DNA of 64,000 nt from Octopus vulgaris. Taxonomy: Eukaryota. Each line of letters starts with the position of its first letter. The first letter of the stretch is position 1. Under the pieces are notes generated by a model that was not told the DNA's origin, searched no databases, and saw nothing but the letters and a program-made list of their open reading frames with translations. Location: NCBI GenBank assembly GCA_951406725.2, contig OX597821.1, forward strand, positions 248,001 through 312,000, written 5' to 3'. Shown here piece by piece: positions 59,846 through 64,000 of this stretch. The position numbers and the translations under genes were made by a program.

Positions 59846-59898
59846 TCCTTACTGATGAGGCTATGGAAATAGCCGAAACTGACCAATCAGTATAAGGA
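59846..59898 (+). ncRNA. Canonical type I hammerhead ribozyme
   Basis: TCCTTA-CTGATGA-GGCTAT ggaa ATAGCC-GAAA-CTGA ccaa TCAG-TA-TAAGGA. All three stems are perfect; stem I extends via GAGAATT/AATTCTC. Confidence 0.93.
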
Positions 59899-60119
59899 AT
59901 TCTCAACTGGTATTTTCTCACTAAAAAAGGAAAACCCCCAAATATCATAACAAAAATCTAACAACAAAGCAAGCTAAATAGACGCTGTATACAAGCACAA
60001 CTCTAGACTCCTAAAAGGCAATGTTGCATACAATGCAGGAACATGGAGGGACACCTGGTGGCACAGTAGAAAATCACTTGATACTGTGTTGATAATGTCT
60101 TTTAATAACTTGTAATAAC

Positions 60120-60319
60120 TTGTTTCAGCCATTAGACTATGGCTATGCTGGGGCACTGCCTTGAAGCATTTTTAACCAAATAAATCAACCCCAATACATA
60201 TTTTTTAGAGCCTGGCATTTATTCTATTAGTCTCTTTTGTTGAACTGCTTAGTTACAAGGATGTAAATACATCAATACCAGTTGTCAGGTGGTTGTCGGA
60301 GACAGGCACCAAATCAAAG

Positions 60320-60352
<33 letters not shown>

Positions 60353-60510
60353 ACAGGCTTCTTCCAGTTTCTGTCTACCAATTCCATTCACAAGGCTTTG
60401 GTTGGCCTGAGGCTATAGAAGAAGACACTTGCTCAAGGTACCACACAGTGGGGATGAACCCGGAACCATGTGGTTGGGCAGCAAACTTCTTACCACACAG
60501 CCACACCCAT
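60120..60510 (-). mobile_element. tRNA-derived SINE
   Basis: Reverse-complement copy of the 49152 family. Confidence 0.82.
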
Positions 60511-60644
60511 GTCTATAATATAATCATAAGGAAGAAAAGAACAAATCAAGAAAAACATAATGTTATCTACCACAGAGAAAGAAGAAGCAATGCTAGATAA
60601 AACATAAGAAATCAATGTACAGAAGATTAACTGTGTATACTGAC

Positions 60645-60707
60645 CGATTCCTGCATAAGGCTGTACTGCGTAGGCTTGAAGTGGATCTCCATTAGCAACT
60701 GCTTGGG
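60645..60707 (-). CDS. CELF4: CELF3-6 family RNA-binding protein, internal exon (linker: AQAVANGDPLQAYAVQPYAGI)
   Basis: ttacttccag acceptor and G|GTCAGT donor. 63 nt, phase 1-1. Resembles the CELF4 linker AQSPTAADPLQQAYAG and joins the next exon in frame. Confidence 0.82.
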
Positions 60708-61099
60708 CTGGAAGTAAACCACATTCACAGATGATTGCCAAGATATTAAGCCAAGATATTAAAGAAAATGGTGGGTTTTTTTCCCCCTTTCTTTTTGTTA
60801 ATTATTCAACATTGTTATTTCTGAAGAGCAATTTGTTTGCAACTATATTTGTTTAGTGTAATAGACTATGGATTTGACAGTATTGATCCCAAAGTCTAAT
60901 AGACTATGGATCCATACTGTATCTTGTGTTGATGATTCACTGGTCGTTTGTTGTTGATATTGTTCAGTAGACTAAGGTCAGTTCTGATTCATTAGGCATC
61001 TTATGCCTTGATCATCCTGTCTAGGCACAACACCATCATTTTCGAGGAGAGGGAGTTAGTACATGACTGGTATTTTATTTTTATCAACCTTAATAGGAT

Positions 61100-61392
61100 G
61101 AAGTGGCCTAGTGGTTAGAGCAGCGGACTCGCAGTCGAGGGATCGTGGGTTTGAATCTCAGACTGGGCGATGTGTGTGTTTATGAGCAAAATACCTATGT
61201 ACACGGCTCTGGCAGAAGGTAATGGCAAACTTCTGCTGACTCTTTTGCCACAACTTTCTCTCACTCTTTCCTCCTTTATCTTGCAGTTCACCTGTGATGG
61301 ACCGGCGTCCTGTCTAGGTGGGGAACCTATATGCCAAGGAAACTGGGAAACTGGCCCTCATGAGCAAGGCATGGCTCGAGAAGGAACAAACA
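61100..61392 (+). mobile_element. tRNA-derived SINE (fourth family), nested in another repeat
   Basis: tRNA-like head gtggcctagtggttagagcagcggac...ggtttgaatctc, (CAA)n tail. Confidence 0.65.
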
Positions 61393-62394
61393 GCAACAAC
61401 AATAGGATGAAAGGCAAAATTGACCTCAGGGTAATTTGAATTCAAAACATTAAGAACTGGAACAAATATGATAAAGAATTTTTTTTTCTGCCACCAACGA
61501 TTCTGTCAATCTGATGCCCTTAACCCTTTTGATACCCTCCCACCTGGAAACACACTTGGTTCTATGATACAGTTTTCCTATTTAACCCTTAAGTATTCAA
61601 ACTGGTCATATCCAGCTGAAATATTCTCCCTGTTTTACGTTCAAACTGACCAGATCTGACCTCTCACACCTACCCAAAAATGAACAATCATATCATCGAA
61701 ACCTTGAAGTTATAAAATGATGCATTATTAATTTAAAATATTGACAGAGTACTCATAATTGTCATCATCATCATTATCAACATTTAACGTCTGTTGTCCA
61801 TGCTGGCATGGGTTGGACAGTTTGACCAGGGATGGTAAGCTGAAGGGCTGCATCAGACTCCAATCTGATCTGGCATGGTTTTCTATGGCTGGATGCCCTT
61901 CCTAACACCAACCACTCCTAGAATGTAATGGGTGCTTTTATGTGCCACTGGCTCAGGTGCCATTTGCGTGACACCTGAATCTGCCATGACTGCAATTTTA
62001 CTTGGCTTGATGGGTCTTCTTTTCAAGCACGACAAAATAGCAAAGGTCTCAGTCATTTGTCATTGCCTCTATGAGGCTCAACACTCAAAAGGAGCTTTTC
62101 ACATGCCACGGACATCGGCCACTTTGCCTCCATGAGGCCCAATGCTTGAAAGATGCTTTTTACGTCTCACCAGCATAGGTACCAGTTATCTGACACTAGC
62201 ATCATCCACAGCTTCGATTTCACTTGGCTTGATGGTTCTTGGCTTGATGGCATAATGCCAAAGATCTTTGTCCTCCGTGAGATTCAACATTTGAAAGGTG
62301 CTTTTTACATGCCACTGGCATGGGTGCTAAAGGGTTAAATGTCATCTAAAAATCAAAACCTTGCATCAAAATGTTAATTTATGTTAATTTATGT

Positions 62395-62822
62395 ACTCTT
62401 TTACTTGTTTCAGTCAATTTGACTGTGGCCATGCTGGAGCACCACCTTTAGTCAAGCAAATAAACCCCAGGAGTTATTCTTTGTAAGTCTAGTACTTATT
62501 TTGTCGGTCTCTTTTAGCTGAACTGTTAAGTTACAGGGACGTAATCACACCAGCATCGGTTGTTGAGCGATGTGGGTTACAAACACAGACACACAAACAT
62601 ATACACACACACACATACATACATACACACACACACACACATATATATACACATATATACGACGGGCTTCTTTCAATTTCCATCCACCAAATCCATTTAC
62701 AAGGCTTTGTTCGGCATGAGGCTATAGTAGAAGACATTTGTCCAAGGTGCTATGCAGTGGGACTGAACCCGGAACCATGTGGTTGGTTAGCAAGCTACTT
62801 ACCACAAAACCACTGCTGTGCC
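62395..62822 (-). mobile_element. tRNA-derived SINE
   Basis: Near full-length reverse copy of the 49152 family. Confidence 0.88.
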
Positions 62823-63399
62823 TATAACAAAATTATTTTACTAAACGCTTCATTATTTTAAAACTTAATTGAAACAAAACCAGTGGATGCCAAAAGAAAT
62901 ATGGTGACAAAAGGGTTAATAATAGTTTCAAATTTTGGCACAAATCCTGCAATTTCAGAGGGGAGGGGGAAGTCAATTGTATTGATCCCAGTGATCAATT
63001 GGTATTTATTTTATCGACCCCAAAAGGATGAAAGGCAAAGTCGACCTCAGCAGAATTTGAACTCTGACTATAAAGATGAAGAACCCACTAAATATTTTTC
63101 CTCTTGTGCTAATGATTCTGTCAGCTTGCTCTCTTTAAGATGATGATAATTAGAAATTCACAGTATTTCATATAATAGGAGTTACATGGTAAGTAGTAGT
63201 TGACGATAGGGTTTAGCTATAATTCAAACAGTCACCAGAAGTTGTGTGCTACTCAGGGAGCACAAAGTGAAATTAATATCTATCATTAACCTATCATATC
63301 TGAAACCTATTATTTTCAATACATTCATTTTTATTTATTGAATAACAAAAGCAAAAGAGAATTAGAGGTCGACATGAAACGGATGTACTAAATACCTTT

Positions 63400-63790
63400 T
63401 ATCTGTTTCAGTCATTGGACTGTGGCCATGCTGGAGCACCGCCTTGAAGGGTTTCACTCAAAGAAATCAATCCCAGTAACTTTTAAAGTTAGCTACTTAT
63501 TCTATCAGTTGCTTTTGCTGAACTGCTCAGTTATGGTGGCTGTAAACACACCAACATTGTTGTCCAGTGGTGGCGGGAGACAAATATAGGTTCACACACA
63601 CACACGCATATATATTTACACACACATACAGAATGGGCTTCTTTTAGTTTCCATCGACTAAATCCATTCACAAAGTTTTGATTGGTCTGAGGCTATTATA
63701 GTAGAAGACACCCAAAGTGCCATGCAGAGGGACTGAACCTCGAACCATGCAGTTGTGAAGCAAACTTCTTACCACACAGCTACACCTGCA
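63400..63790 (-). mobile_element. tRNA-derived SINE
   Basis: Diverged reverse copy of the 49152 family. Confidence 0.82.
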
Positions 63791-63803
63791 TCCATCTATA
63801 TAT

Positions 63804-63894
<91 letters not shown>

Positions 63895-64000
63895 TATGGA
63901 ACCTTGTATGGCTCCAGGCTTTACTGGTTCCTGTTAAACCATTCAGCCTTTGCCAGCATAGAAAACGGATACTAAATGATGATGATGATGATGTCTTATA

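Noticed and set aside
61100-61170. tRNA gene
   Set aside because: tRNA-like head continues into a SINE body; no proper acceptor stem.

Overview
AT-rich animal genomic DNA, most likely an octopus (inferred from the huge (TA)n tracts, the tRNA-derived SINE families and the CR1/RTE/Penelope repeats). The only host gene found is the 3' half of a CELF3-6 (CELF4/bruno-3-like) RNA-binding protein on the minus strand. It has four coding exons (60645-60707, 59532-59609, 56465-56608, 25272-25399), a 31-kb last intron that splits RRM3, and a probable long 3' UTR. The rest is retroelement remnants (CR1 subfamilies, a full-length but dead RTE, an R4/Dong fragment, Penelope-like LTR pieces, SINEs, MITEs), nearly all embedded in (TA)n. 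The main result is about ten unannotated type I hammerhead ribozyme motifs from several unrelated families. These include a fully canonical one (59846-59898), a retrozyme-like tandem pair spaced 257 nt apart (57422-57727), and an inverted pair that puts a hammerhead in the sense strand of the CELF intron (36400-36915). Also notable are a non-TE 160-bp inverted repeat enclosing a candidate AG|GT recursive splice site, and in-frame alternative splice sites on the RRM3 exon. The YI-rich ORFs in the track are microsatellite artefacts. All folds were paired by eye; nothing was computed or searched.
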